NCBI GenBank assembly: GCA_000092065.1
Contig: CP000586.1
Direction: 5' to 3' (one strand)
Length of the DNA: 64,000 nucleotides
Source: Ostreococcus lucimarinus
Taxonomy: Eukaryota
The number at the start of each line of letters is the position of its first letter. Within the stretch, counting starts at the first letter, position 1. Shown here piece by piece: positions 46,277-56,839 of the stretch. A model generated the notes under the pieces. That model had not been told where the DNA came from. It worked only from the letters and a program-made list of their open reading frames with translations, and ran no database searches. Made by a program: the position numbers and the translations under genes.

Positions 46277-47335
46277 ATGGCGTCCGTCGACGTCGTCGCG
46301 GACGCGCTCGAGCGGCTCGAGGACGCGGGCGTCGACGCCGCGCGCGGCGCGGACGCGCGCGCGCTCGCGGCGTGGGCGCGCGGGGAGGCGCGACGGGACG
46401 ACGGCGACGACGACGCGCGCGTCGCGCTCGCGCGGGCGTGCGCCGCGGCGATGCGGCGCGCGGGAGGCGCGACGGGCGACGCGGACGCGCTGGTAGACGG
46501 CGCGCGCGCGAGCGGGGACGACGCGGACGCGCGCGAGGCGTTCGTGGACGCGCTGCGGCGGTGCGCGACGACGCTGCAGGTGACGGCGCTGGAGACGGCG
46601 GCGCGCGCGGCGAGGGAAGGCGGTGAAAAGCGCGCGAGCGCGAGCGAACGCGCGAGGGAAGACGCGATGGACGCGGACGAGACGGGGGAGCGCGCGGTGC
46701 GAGCGATCGAGCGGTTGGCGAGCGGACTGGAGGACGCGGCGTCGAAGTCGACGACGGAGGTTTTGGACGCGGCGACGGCTCGAGCGACGGCGACGCTGCG
46801 CGAGTTGCCGGAAAATCACGCGCGTAAGGTGTTGGACGCGTCGAGTTGGACGAACGCGCAGCGGGAGTTGATCGAACGCGTGGAGAGGGCGTTGCATGAT
46901 GAGTACAAGGCGCGGAGGGAGATGGTGGCGAAACGCGCGCAAGTGACGACGACGTCGTTTTGTTATAGCGCGAGATTGAACGCGCTGAAGGACGTGCGCG
47001 AAGAGTTCGCGCGCAGAGTCGTCAGTGAGCTTCACGTCGCGCCGCAGGTGACGATGGACGACGTGTGCGACGCTCGGTACGCGGACTTAGCCGTGGCCGG
47101 GATCAAGGTGACGGCGGGGAGCGACGGCTTACAAAGCGCGGTGAAAAAGGTGCTCATGGGAAGCGTTCCCGATCGAGGTGGTCGCACCGACGGCAGCGAT
47201 CGCGCGGCGATGCCCGCTTTCGCGGCTCGAACCGACGCGCCGAGTGGTGGTCGAGGCGGCGGCGGGCGCGGTGGCGGCGGCGACAAGCCGAAACCGACTC
47301 CGAAACCAAAGAAAAAGGGCGCCGTGCGTTGGTGA
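46277..47335 (+). CDS. Hypothetical protein with a C-terminal Gly/Arg-rich tail. FAM98/DUF2465-like is possible but unconfirmed.
   Basis: ATG at 46277. The tail reads ...GGRGGGGRGGGGDKPKPTPKPKKKG. Confidence 0.3.
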   Translation: MASVDVVADALERLEDAGVDAARGADARALAAWARGEARRDDGDDDARVALARACAAAMRRAGGATGDADALVDGARASGDDADAREAFVDALRRCATTLQVTALETAARAAREGGEKRASASERAREDAMDADETGERAVRAIERLASGLEDAASKSTTEVLDAATARATATLRELPENHARKVLDASSWTNAQRELIERVERALHDEYKARREMVAKRAQVTTTSFCYSARLNALKDVREEFARRVVSELHVAPQVTMDDVCDARYADLAVAGIKVTAGSDGLQSAVKKVLMGSVPDRGGRTDGSDRAAMPAFAARTDAPSGGRGGGGRGGGGDKPKPTPKPKKKGAVRW

Positions 47336-47460
47336 ATCCGCGCGCGCGCGCGTTCGTAGAAAGCAGCGATGCATCGTCATAGCCACCCATCGCGTGCTCC
47401 TCCTTAGTTTGTCGTATTTTGTGAAATCATTACAAAGCCTTCTACCGGTACACGCGTAGA

Positions 47461-48894
47461 TTACGCCTGGTTCTTCAGCGCCTCGCTCGTGGCTTCGAGC
47501 GCGTCGCCGATGCACAACAGATTCTTCGTCATCAGGCGGGTCACCGCGAGTTGTGCCACTTGCGGCGGCACCATCTCGACATTGATCAACGAAATGTTCG
47601 CGCCGCGCGTCGGCCATTCGAAAGGCACGTCCAAGACGGCGACGGCGCCGTTTGGCAGCGCCGCGCGCACCAATGACTCGCCGGAACTCCATCTGAGCGC
47701 CGTTCGCGCCGCCGCCGCCGCGAGGGCCTCGGCACGTTGCGCCGTGGCGGCGATGCGAAGGCGGATTTCCGCCAACGCGCGAGCGAGGACGGGCATGCCC
47801 GCCGACTCTTCGATGATGTCGAGGATGGGCGTGTCCGACGGTTCGAGCGTCGCCCCGGCGAGACGAGCGCTATCCTTCATCAAGTGCAGCGTGACCGTGT
47901 GCGTCGTCGAGCTCGGGCCACGCGGCTTGGCGCTTTCCATGGCGAACTCGGGCGTCGCGGGCAAGTGCGTGTGAATCTTGAGCACGAGGGCGTTTTCTTC
48001 GATGGCCATGATTTCCACCCCTTGTAAAGTGACTAGCAATTTCGTTTGCTCGAGCACCGCCTCTTGCGCTTCGGCGATTTGCGCCGACATTTCCGCTTCT
48101 CGCGCCGCAGCCTTGGAGATACCGATCAAGTACTTGGCCTGGGCGTTGATTTGATCAATCGCGCTCTCGTCCGGCGCCAACTCCGCCTTGAGTTCGCTCG
48201 CGCCGCTTTGATTCTCGCTCAACTTCACATTCACCTCGCGCAGTTCCGCATCGAGCGCTTCGAGCTCGCGCTGTAACTCCTCCTTGGACTTCGCCCGGTC
48301 CGCGGCGCTCACCGAGGCGTCTCCCGCCTGCGCTTCCCACGCCGCCGCCGCGGCTTCCGCCTCCAACTGCTCTAATTCTTCCACAACCTCCGTCAACGCC
48401 CTATGCTCGACGCGAAACGTCTCGTACTCGTCCCCGAGCGACGCAATCTCGCGTTCCATCTCCTCCGCCCGTCGTTCGTTCTCGTTCGTCAAATTCTTCA
48501 ACCGCTGTTGCAAAGCTTTGAACCCTTCGCTCTCCGTCGGCGTCTCCTTGGGCAACGGTCGCGATTCCAAAACCGCCTTCAAAAACGCCTGTTCCGTCGA
48601 CAACTCGATCGTCCCGAACTTCAACCGCTTAATGTGCGCCTTGATTCGCTCCAAATCCCCGTCCCCGTTCCCGAGCGCCTTCTCCCGCGCCTGCGACAAA
48701 ATCTTCGCGAACGAATCCTCCGTCTGATTCAACTCCTTGAGCGCCGCGCGAAATCCAACCCCGCTCGGCGCCTCCCGCAGCGTCTTCATCGCGTCCGACT
48801 TCGCGAACACCCCCGGCGAGTGCACGGATATGTCCTCGAACCGCAGCTGCAGCGGCGCGATCGTCGTCAGCGATTCCGACGCCGGTCGTTCCAT
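47461..48894 (-). CDS. Hypothetical coiled-coil protein (possibly kinetochore/spindle-type; unassigned).
   Basis: ATG at 48894-48892. A central coiled coil of about 200 aa is flanked by globular N- and C-terminal regions. Confidence 0.35.
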   Translation of the reverse strand: MERPASESLTTIAPLQLRFEDISVHSPGVFAKSDAMKTLREAPSGVGFRAALKELNQTEDSFAKILSQAREKALGNGDGDLERIKAHIKRLKFGTIELSTEQAFLKAVLESRPLPKETPTESEGFKALQQRLKNLTNENERRAEEMEREIASLGDEYETFRVEHRALTEVVEELEQLEAEAAAAAWEAQAGDASVSAADRAKSKEELQRELEALDAELREVNVKLSENQSGASELKAELAPDESAIDQINAQAKYLIGISKAAAREAEMSAQIAEAQEAVLEQTKLLVTLQGVEIMAIEENALVLKIHTHLPATPEFAMESAKPRGPSSTTHTVTLHLMKDSARLAGATLEPSDTPILDIIEESAGMPVLARALAEIRLRIAATAQRAEALAAAAARTALRWSSGESLVRAALPNGAVAVLDVPFEWPTRGANISLINVEMVPPQVAQLAVTRLMTKNLLCIGDALEATSEALKNQA

Positions 48895-49105
48895 CGTCCC
48901 CGTCGTTTAAATCGAAATCGTTTCAACGCGTCGTCCCTCGCGCGCCGCCGCGCGTCCGTCGTCGTCCCGCGCGTCCGTCGTCGACGCTCGCGTCCGTCGA
49001 TCGTCCCGTCGCCGCGTCCCGGCGCGCGTCCCGGCGTCGCGGTGTGCGTCGCCGTCGTCGCGCGCCGTCGCCGTCGCCGTCGTCGTCGGGCTGTCGTCCC
49101 CCTCG

Positions 49106-49134
49106 TTTGAAAAAAAAATTTTTTTTTGAAAAAA
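49106..49134. repeat. TTTG-A9-T9-G-A6 palindromic A/T tract inside an otherwise ~80% GC divergent promoter.
   Basis: Read directly from sequence. Confidence 0.9.
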
Positions 49135-49367
49135 GGCGCGCGATCGCGCTTTGTGTGATGGCAAAATGATGTGTCCCAACACACTTGGAGAAATAGGTAC
49201 GGGAGGGTAAGCTCCAGATCTCCAATCTCCCCGAAACCGAAACGGTGGCGTTGTTACGGGTCGGTCGCGCGGTCAACGTCGCGTCGCGTCGACGCCGCGA
49301 CGCGGTCAACGCGCGCGGACGCGAGACGACGACGCGGACGCGCGCGGACGACGACGACGACGACGAC

Positions 49368-50744
49368 GGGATGACGGTGTTCGACGCGTTTCAAGGCGGC
49401 GCGCACGTCGAGCTGTTCGACGCGAAGACGCATCGCGCGCGACGCGGGCGCGCACGTCGCGACGGTTCGAGTCGCGTCGATGGATGCGACGACGACGACG
49501 ACGGTGACGGGACGCGACGCGCGTGGCGAGGCGGCGGCGGGCGAGCGTACGACGCGAGCGCGCGAGGGTACGTCGTGCGCGTGCGCGGAGGCGGAGCGGG
49601 CGCGCTCGCGTGCGGGGAGGACGGCGCGATGGGCGCGACGCAGCCCATCTTGGCGATGCAGCTGCGCGCGTCGGGGGGGGCGAACTTTTCGTTCGAGGTG
49701 CGCGTGCGCGACGCGGCGGACGCGCGACGCAGGTTGGTGTTTAGTTCGTCGTTTTCCGAGGTTCGGCCGACGCCGTTGCACTGTCAGGTGCCGTTGAGAG
49801 ATTTGCCGCGCGACGAGTGGGTGACTTTGCTCCTGCCGCTCGTCGAGCTCGTGCCGGTGTGTTTTTCGAGCGGGAGCGCGGGGTACAGGTCGATCGATGC
49901 CATCGTCATTCGCGGGGAGTGTTCGATTCGTAAGATATTCACCCTGCGAGGCGACACGCAGGCGCAGGCGTGGACGGAGTCGCGCGCGGGCGAGACGCCG
50001 CGGCAAGCCATCGTGATTCCGCGCGAGTGCGATTTCCCACCGGGCGTGCGCGCGGCGGCGCACACGGTGATCCCGAGTCAAGATCCGGCGCTTTACGACG
50101 CGCACGAAGAAGAGTGTCGCGTGCGCGAACGTAACCGCGAGGTTAGGATGCCGATCAAAGTCGCGTTCGGTCGTCGAGCGCCGACGTCTCAGCGAGAGCG
50201 TCTCCGAGAGCGCGCGGACGCCGCGCCGGCGCGCGCTTCGGACGACCACACCGACGTGCGATGGTCTGATCTCGACCAAATCATGTCGAACTTACGTGTT
50301 CGCGACGCAGGTGGCGCCGGAGTGCGGCATTCTCTCGCGTCTTCGTCGTCTTCGTCGTCGTACGCGAGCTCGCGTCGCACCGCGGACGAAGCCGCCGAAG
50401 AGCTCGACATGCGAAACGTCAACGTGTCGCTCGGAAACTTATCGATCCACGGCGGGCGCGAGCACCACAGATACGCCGACGTGGACGACGAAGACGTCGA
50501 CGAGGGCGACGAAGACGTCGACGAGGGCGACGAAGACGTCGACGAGGACGAAGACAATGATTACGAAGACAATGATTACGACGAAGACGATTACGAAGAC
50601 GACGACTACGAAGACGACGACTACGAAAACGACGCTTCGCGTCTCGAAGACGACGACGAAATTCTCAGCCCTTTCGACGGCGACGTCGATGACGACCACG
50701 ACGATCGCGCGTTCGACCTGGACGACTCCGACGTAGACGCGTAG
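49368..50744 (+). CDS. CFAP20-domain: CFAP20-domain (DUF667) protein with an acidic D/E/Y-repeat C-terminus. This is a cilium/flagellum-associated family.
   Basis: FSFEVRVRDAADARRRLVFSSSFSEVRPTPLHCQVPLR...DEWVTLLLPLVELV...YRSIDAIVIRGECSIRKIF parallels CFAP20 [50 protein letters not shown]...RIRRVYF. ATG at 49368. Confidence 0.55.
   Translation, partial: GMTVFDAFQGGAHVELFDAKTHRARRGRARRDGSSRVDGCDDDDDGDGTRRAWRGGGGRAYDASARGYVVRVRGGGAGALACGEDGAMGATQPILAMQLRASGGANFSFEVRVRDAADARRRLVFSSSFSEVRPTPLHCQVPLRDLPRDEWVTLLLPLVELVPVCFSSGSAGYRSIDAIVIRGECSIRKIFTLRGDTQAQAWTESRAGETPRQAIVIPRECDFPPGVRAAAHTVIPSQDPALYDAHEEECRVRERNREVRMPIKVAFGRRAPTSQRERLRERADAAPARASDDHTDVRWSDLDQIMSNLRVRDAGGAGVRHSLASSSSSSSYASSRRTADEAAEELDMRNVNVSLGNLSIHGGREHHRYADVDDEDVDEGDEDVDEGDEDVDEDEDNDYEDNDYDEDDYEDDDYEDDDYENDASRLEDDDEILSPFDGDVDDDHDDRAFDLDDSDVDA
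50485..50630. repeat. Coding tandem repeats (GACGAAGACGTCGACGAGGGC x3, then GAAGACAATGATTAC / GAAGACGACGACTAC units). They give DEDVDEG and DNDYE/DDDYE repeats.
   Basis: Read directly from sequence. Confidence 0.8.
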
Positions 50745-50814
50745 CGACGACGCGTAATCGCGCGCGACGCGCGTCGCTTTACGCGTTCGCGTTCGCGTCC
50801 GCGCGTCGACGCTT

Positions 50815-51333
50815 TTAATACCCCACCGTGACGCACGCCACGCAAATCAAAAAATCATCGTTCGCGTCCCCCTGCGCCGGAATCGAAATCCAACTCCTCG
50901 CGCGCAACCCACCGGTGTCTATCTGCACGTCCACCACCTCTCCGTACGGAAACACCTCGCGCACGCGTCCCGCGTCCACCTTCGCGTTCTCCGGCACGCC
51001 CAGCTGCACGTGGATCTTCATCTTCGCGTACCCCCCCGGCACCACCGCTCGCACCGACGGCACGCTGTTGAATTCGATGGCGTTCCGACACGCGCGCACG
51101 GCCGCCTTCGTCGCGTCCTGCCCGTGCTGATCCGCGCCGAAGCCGCACTCGGCGAAGAGCGCGCGCTCGAAACCGCGCGGCGCGAAGATTTTGGTGCCGT
51201 CCTCGAACGACTCGACGAGCCCGTCGTCGCGGCGCGTCGCGGCGAACGGTCGAGATCGCGGTCGAGGTCGCCGCGGCGCGTCGCGGGCGAACGCGCGCGC
51301 GACGCGCGTCGCGGCGCGCGTCGCGGCGCGCAT
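50815..51333 (-). CDS. Small conserved hypothetical protein (~170 aa) with an Arg/Ala-rich presequence.
   Basis: ATG at 51333-51331. The mature part (GFGADQHGQDATKAAVRACRNAIEF...GGYAKMKIHVQLGVP) looks like a compact alpha/beta domain. The listed ORF extends to 52167 but runs antisense to DA1. Confidence 0.4.
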   Translation of the reverse strand: MRAATRAATRVARAFARDAPRRPRPRSRPFAATRRDDGLVESFEDGTKIFAPRGFERALFAECGFGADQHGQDATKAAVRACRNAIEFNSVPSVRAVVPGGYAKMKIHVQLGVPENAKVDAGRVREVFPYGEVVDVQIDTGGLRARSWISIPAQGDANDDFLICVACVTVGY

Positions 51334-51368
51334 GGATGTGACGCGACGTAACGGTTTCGGCGCCACTG

Positions 51369-52892
51369 ATGGGCGCCGCGGCGAGCGACGGGCGCGACGG
51401 CGCCGATCGCGCCGCGGCGACGTCGAGCGAGCACACGGTCGGGCGCGAGGCGATGCGGCGCGCGAGCGCGGCGTCGATGCGCGTGCGCGCGGTCGACGGC
51501 GCGGCGGCGATGCCGCTCGAAGACGCGGCGCTCGCGGAGGCGCTGCGACGCGCGACGCGCGACGACGGGCGCGGACGGCCGCTCGACGACGCGTTCTTGC
51601 GTCCGGTCGCGCGTGCGCCGGCGACGGAGGAGACGGCGGACGACGAGGCGCTGGCGCGCGCGCTGCAGGCGGAGGAGCTGGCGAACGCGCGCGAGACGGC
51701 GCGAGGGACGGATGTCGACGGCGGCGCGCGCGCGCGCGCGACGTCCGCGCCCGCGACGGGCGCGTCGACGAGTGACGCGTGCGTCGGGTGCGGGGGCGCG
51801 CTCGGCGCGCTCGAGCGCGTGACGAGCGTGAGAGCGTTGGGCGGATGTTGGCACGCGCGATGTTTTCGCTGCGACGATTGCGGAGAGCAGCTTCGGGGCG
51901 TGTTCGGCGGCGGGGGGGAGTACGTCGTGACCGGTAAACCGGGCGAGGATCGTAGGTTATTTCACGCGAGGTGCTATCGGGAAAGACACCGGCCGACGTG
52001 TTGCGTGTGCGCGGCGTGTATTCCGTCTCGCGACGGGTACATACATTTCGAGACGACGCCGTACTGGGGCGAGATTTCGTGCGTAGAGCACGCCACGGAC
52101 GGAACGAATCGGTGCGATGGATGTAGGCGGTATGAAAAGCGCGGCGGTGAGGAGTACATCGCCGCACCCGATGGCAGAACGCTGTGTTTAGAGTGCGTGC
52201 AAACCGTCGTCATCGACACCAAGGACGCCGAACCGTTGTATCGCGATATCCTCGACTTTTTCGGAACGTATGGCTTGAGCGCGCTCGGTACCGGCGGGGA
52301 ATTGCCGCCACTATATCTTTGCACGCAGGACGTCATCAATCACGTCGACGAGGAAGAAAAATGGCACCAAGGTCGCACCTCGCAGGTACGCGGTATGTGC
52401 GTGTCGCACGTCGAAACGATATCCACCGTCTACCGACAACCGACTTGGAAACCATCCAACGCGGGATCAGTGTTCGACGTCTTCGGTCAGCTTGACATGG
52501 TCGAACACCGCATCCCTCGATCGACGACGCAAAAAGTCACCGCCATCATCGTCCTGTCCTGTCTTCCTCGCGTGCTCTTCTCTTCGATTCTGGCGCACGA
52601 GTGCATGCACATGTACCTCCGTTTGAACGGATTTCCCACCCTCGAACCGATCGTTGAAGAGGGTTTGTGTCAGCTGTTCGCCTTGCTTTGGATCGAGCGT
52701 CAAATGGCGTCCCAAAACGCCACCGCATCCGACGCCGCGCTCGCCGCCTATTGCTGCGAAGCCATTCGAGAAGATCCGAGCGAGATTTACGGCGTCGGCG
52801 CTCGCCTCGCCATCGACGCCTACGACGCCCACGGCCTCGTCCGCGTCCTCGATTCCGTCAGACGCACGCGTAACTTCCCCATTTCTTCGTAA
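51369..52892 (+). CDS. DA1-like: DA1-like ubiquitin-activated peptidase (UIMs + LIM + DA1-type zinc metallopeptidase).
   Basis: There are two UIM-like motifs ([25 protein letters not shown]). The LIM domain is CVGCGG...[13 protein letters not shown]...HARCY. The C-terminal HECMHMY is the HExxH-type motif of DA1 peptidases. Confidence 0.7.
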   Translation: MGAAASDGRDGADRAAATSSEHTVGREAMRRASAASMRVRAVDGAAAMPLEDAALAEALRRATRDDGRGRPLDDAFLRPVARAPATEETADDEALARALQAEELANARETARGTDVDGGARARATSAPATGASTSDACVGCGGALGALERVTSVRALGGCWHARCFRCDDCGEQLRGVFGGGGEYVVTGKPGEDRRLFHARCYRERHRPTCCVCAACIPSRDGYIHFETTPYWGEISCVEHATDGTNRCDGCRRYEKRGGEEYIAAPDGRTLCLECVQTVVIDTKDAEPLYRDILDFFGTYGLSALGTGGELPPLYLCTQDVINHVDEEEKWHQGRTSQVRGMCVSHVETISTVYRQPTWKPSNAGSVFDVFGQLDMVEHRIPRSTTQKVTAIIVLSCLPRVLFSSILAHECMHMYLRLNGFPTLEPIVEEGLCQLFALLWIERQMASQNATASDAALAAYCCEAIREDPSEIYGVGARLAIDAYDAHGLVRVLDSVRRTRNFPISS

Positions 52893-53049
52893 TAGCCACA
52901 CCCGATCGCGTCGCAGCCGCTCCCGTCTCTTCGCCGTCGATTTCGCGCGTTCGCCGTCGTCGCTCGGCGTCCCAAGACCTGAGCTCGACCTCGATGGATC
53001 CGCGCCCGCACATTCGCGCGCGTCGTCGCGCGTCCGCGTTCGCGCCGCG

Positions 53050-55585
53050 ATGGACGCCTCCGCGAGCGCGATCAACGACCAGATGGCCGCCGTCTCCCTC
53101 GCGCCCGCGTTCGCGCGCGCCGAGCCGCTCAAGGGCGCCGCCGTGCTCTACGCCAAAGACCTCGACGGAAGCGACGGCGCGCGCCTCCTCGCCAAGCTCT
53201 GCGGCGTCGGCGTGACGACGCAGATGTTTAAAAAGTACACCGGCGCGTGTAAAACCTCGCCCGTGCTCGTCGCGGCGAGCGGGGAGACGGTGGAGGGGGC
53301 GACGGAGATTCTGGAGTGGACGCTCGGCAAGGCGAAGGCGGGCAACGCGAGCGTGACGCACCCGGAGGCGTGCGATGCGAACGAAATCGATCGATGGGTG
53401 ACGTTCGAACGCGATGTGATGCGAACGCCGATGCTGACGGCGGTCGGGATGCTGTCTGGGACGATCGCGATGGATGAGGGGGCGTTCGAGGCGGCGAGAG
53501 CGGCGCTCGCGGACGCGGCGAGCGAGACGAACGCTCGATTGGGACGATCGAGGTTTTTGGCGGGAGATGCGCCGTCGGCGGCGGATATCGTCGTCGCGGC
53601 GGCGTTGTTCCCGGCGTTCGCGAAGGCGCTGGATCCGGCGGCGCGGGATGCGTTGCCGAACGTGATGCGGTTTATGGAAGAAATGGCGGCGCACGAGGAT
53701 GTGAAAGCCGTCATGGGGAAGCTTCGGATGTGCGATATGATTCGCATGCCCAAGGCAAAAGCCGCGAAAGCACCGAAGGAGAAGAAGGCGGACGATCCGA
53801 ACAAGTCGGCGCCCGGGGCTGGGAAAGCTGAGAAGAAGAAGGAGACGGGTCTCGGTTTATCCACCAAGCGCGACGAGGATTTCGGCGCGTGGTATTCGCA
53901 AGTGGTCGTCGCGGGAGATCTCATCGATTATTACGATATTTCTGGTTGCTACATCTTGAAGCCGTGGGCGTACGCGCAATGGGAGTACTTGAAAGAATTC
54001 TTCGATCGCGAGATCAAAGAGCTCGAGGTGGAAAACTGCTACTTCCCCATGTTCGTCTCGGCGAGCCGATTAGAAGCGGAGAAGGACCACATCGAAGACT
54101 TCGCCCCGGAAGTTGCGTGGGTTACTCGAAGCGGAAACACCGATCTCGAGGTCCCGATCGCGGTTCGCCCGACATCAGAGACGGTGATGTACCCGCATTA
54201 CGCGCAATGGATTCGTTCGCACAGAGACTTGCCTTTGCGATTAAACCAGTGGTGCAACGTCGTGCGCTGGGAATTTAAGCATCCAACTCCGTTCATTCGT
54301 TCGCGCGAGTTCTTGTGGCAAGAGGGACACACCGCTTACAGTAGCAAAGCGGAATGCGACGTCGAGGTGCGTCAAATCTTGGAGCTCTACCGTCGAGTGT
54401 ATGAAGAATATCTGGCCGTGCCCGTCGTTCCGGGTAAGAAATCTGAAAAGGAAAAGTTTGCCGGTGGAGATTACACTACTACGGTCGAAGCGTACGTGCC
54501 GGGATCTGGTAGAGGCGTGCAGGGTGCGACGTCACACTGCTTGGGCCAAAACTTCGCGAAAATGTTCAACATCGAGTACGAAGACGCGAAGGGTGGGCGC
54601 TCTTTGGTGTGGCAAAACTCGTGGGGCTTCACCACGAGAACGCTTGGTGTCATGTACATGGTGCACGGCGATGACGACGGCCTCGTGCTGCCGCCAAAGG
54701 TCGCGCCGGTGCAGGCGATCGTCATTCCAATCCCTAATAGTAAGCTTTCGGACGAGGCCAAGCAGAAGATGGACGGTACGTTTTATTTCACTCGCGCAAT
54801 CGCGTTTCCGACAGTTTTTCTCGCAACGACTTTCTTACCTGCGAAGTGCTCGATTTCGATGAGCATAATCGCCATTTAAAGGGTCGGATAAAAAATGCCA
54901 AGACGCCTTTACCAATATCTGGTCGAAACCTTCGGGTCATGGCTTAGTTATAATGGCTTGGGGTCTAAATTCCTTTGCTTCACGCGGAGGCGCGATGAGT
55001 TCACTCTCGGCGTACTAACCTCGTACTTTTCGCTCTATAGAAATCGCGACTGGCATGTGCAAGTCGCTCAAGGCCGCTGGCGTGCGATCCAAGCTCGATA
55101 ACCGCGACAACTACACGCCAGGTTGGAAGTATAACCACTGGGAACTGAAGGGGGTGCCGATGCGCGTCGAATTCGGCGCGCGCGACTTAGAAACTGGCAC
55201 GTGCGTGATCGCCAGACGTGACACTCGCGAGAAGGAAACGGTCAAAATCGAAGATTTGACTAAGCGATGCTCCGAGTTGTGCGAACAAATCCAAAAGGAC
55301 ATGTTCGAGCGCGCTAGGAAGATTCGCGACGAAAACATCGTCTCTCTCACGTCTTGGGACGGCTTCATCGAAGCCTTGGACGCCAAGAAGCTCATCATGA
55401 CACCGTGGTGCAACACCAAGGACAGCGAAGAGCTCGTCAAGAAGAAGTCTACCGCCGAGTCCACGGGCGGTGCGGCGAAAACGCTGTGTATCCCGTTCGA
55501 GCAACCCGCGCTCGAAGCCGGCACCAAGTGCTTCATCACGGGCGAACCCGCCACATGCTGGGTTCTCTGGGGCCGATCCTACTAG
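53050..55585 (+). CDS. ProRS: Prolyl-tRNA synthetase (class II, eukaryote/archaeal type) with an N-terminal GST-C-like appended domain and a Lys-rich linker. It has two exons: join(53050..54775, 55041..55585).
   Basis: [32 protein letters not shown] and FPMFV are class II motifs. Exon 2 encodes ...[26 protein letters not shown]... and the ProRS-specific C-terminal WGRSY. The ORF track splits this gene into 52654..54879 and 55055..55585. Splicing GAC G|gtacgt...ctatag|AA restores the frame ([21 protein letters not shown]). Confidence 0.75.
54776..55040 (+). other. Spliceosomal intron (265 nt, GT-AG, phase 1) in the ProRS gene.
   Basis: The donor is G|GTACGT and the acceptor is CTATAG|. An in-frame stop follows the donor. 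The downstream exon continues ProRS homology. Confidence 0.65.
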
Positions 55586-55677
55586 ATAATCGCCGCGCGA
55601 GTGCGCGCGGGCGTGTGCGCGCGTAGGTGCGTGATGTGATACTACGCATGATATTCATACTTCATACTATCTAATCT

Positions 55678-56754
55678 CTAACGCCCGCGATGCGCGATCG
55701 GTGGTCCGTTATCGGTATAATCGCTCTTCGAAATGTACTGGTTCGAAGCGAAGATGGTTTTCGCCGCCATCGCGGCGCCCGTCCAAGGCGCGTGCGACCA
55801 CGTGGTTTCTGGCATGTACTCCGGAATGTTTACCATCGTTGGCGTCAACGAGGGCGGCAAACTCGACGTGAGCTCGTGAAACAAGCGAGCATCAAGCCCA
55901 GAGACTTTGCTGGCCACGCCGTGCACGAAGACGCTGTCCAACACGAACCGTCTCAATTCTGACGAGCACTTTTGCACGCACTCGCACACGTCGTCCACGA
56001 TCGGCATCACCGCCTCTCCACACTCGTACAATTCGTTCGTCAGCTTTAGCGCGCTTCCATCCGGCATGGCGAATGTCTCTTGCTCGCACTCCACGGTGGC
56101 GCACCCTCGCGCCAACGCCTCGTACTCCTCCCGCGTCGCCGCACATTTCCCCAACTTCCGACGAATATCACTCGCCGTCGTCAAATCTAACGCAATCCCT
56201 TGTTTCTTCCTCACCGCCTGCACCAGCGCGCGATCCATCGCTCGTCCTCCCGCGTCGTCGTTCCGCCTCGTCGTCGAGTGCGCCGTCGCCCCCTCCACCA
56301 CGCACGCGCACTCCACCCCTTGCTCTCCCACATCGATCGCCACTCCGCTCGCGCGTCCACACGCATACATCGCGCACACCGCCTTATCTAAAAACGCCAA
56401 CCCTCCGACGTTGAACTCTTCAAAGAACATCCTCGCCGTTCGCTCGCGCGTCCTGTTCGACGTCCCGCTCGCCTCGCACGCCACCACCATCCCCTCGCTC
56501 CCTCGCTCCCATCCCAGGTCGCCGTACGTCATCGCGCGCACGACGCACTCGTACGCGTCCACGTCTTCGACGCGCGACCGCGCGATCGCGTCGAACGCGC
56601 CGTCGTCGCTTCCGTTCCCGCGTCCAGCGCTTTTCGCGCGCACTCGACCGCGTCGCGTCGCGCTCGGCGCGCGCGCGACGCCGTCCAGCGCGTACCCGCC
56701 CCGCAGATCGCCGTCCACGACGTCCAGCACCGTCACCGGCGCGTCGCTCGCCAT
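55678..56754 (-). CDS. Actin-related protein (divergent ARP; actin fold).
   Basis: VVDGDLRGGYA, GMVVACEASG..., FNVGGLAFLDKAVCAMYACGRASGVAIDVGEQ and a C-terminal ...NIPEYMPETTWSHAPWTGAAMAAKTIF...YISKSDY are actin/ARP signatures. ATG at 56754-56752. Confidence 0.6.
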   Translation of the reverse strand: MASDAPVTVLDVVDGDLRGGYALDGVARAPSATRRGRVRAKSAGRGNGSDDGAFDAIARSRVEDVDAYECVVRAMTYGDLGWERGSEGMVVACEASGTSNRTRERTARMFFEEFNVGGLAFLDKAVCAMYACGRASGVAIDVGEQGVECACVVEGATAHSTTRRNDDAGGRAMDRALVQAVRKKQGIALDLTTASDIRRKLGKCAATREEYEALARGCATVECEQETFAMPDGSALKLTNELYECGEAVMPIVDDVCECVQKCSSELRRFVLDSVFVHGVASKVSGLDARLFHELTSSLPPSLTPTMVNIPEYMPETTWSHAPWTGAAMAAKTIFASNQYISKSDYTDNGPPIAHRGR

Positions 56755-56839
56755 CGCGCGTCGTCGTCTGTCGCGCGTCGCCGTCTGTCGCGCGTCCGCG
56801 ACGGGCGACGGGCGACGCGCGGCGCCACACGCCGTCGCC

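Noticed and set aside
50815-52167. Full 450-aa minus ORF as one protein.
   Set aside because: The upstream 280 codons are Arg/Pro-rich antisense of DA1. Only the last 172 codons from ATG 51333 look like a real, compact domain.
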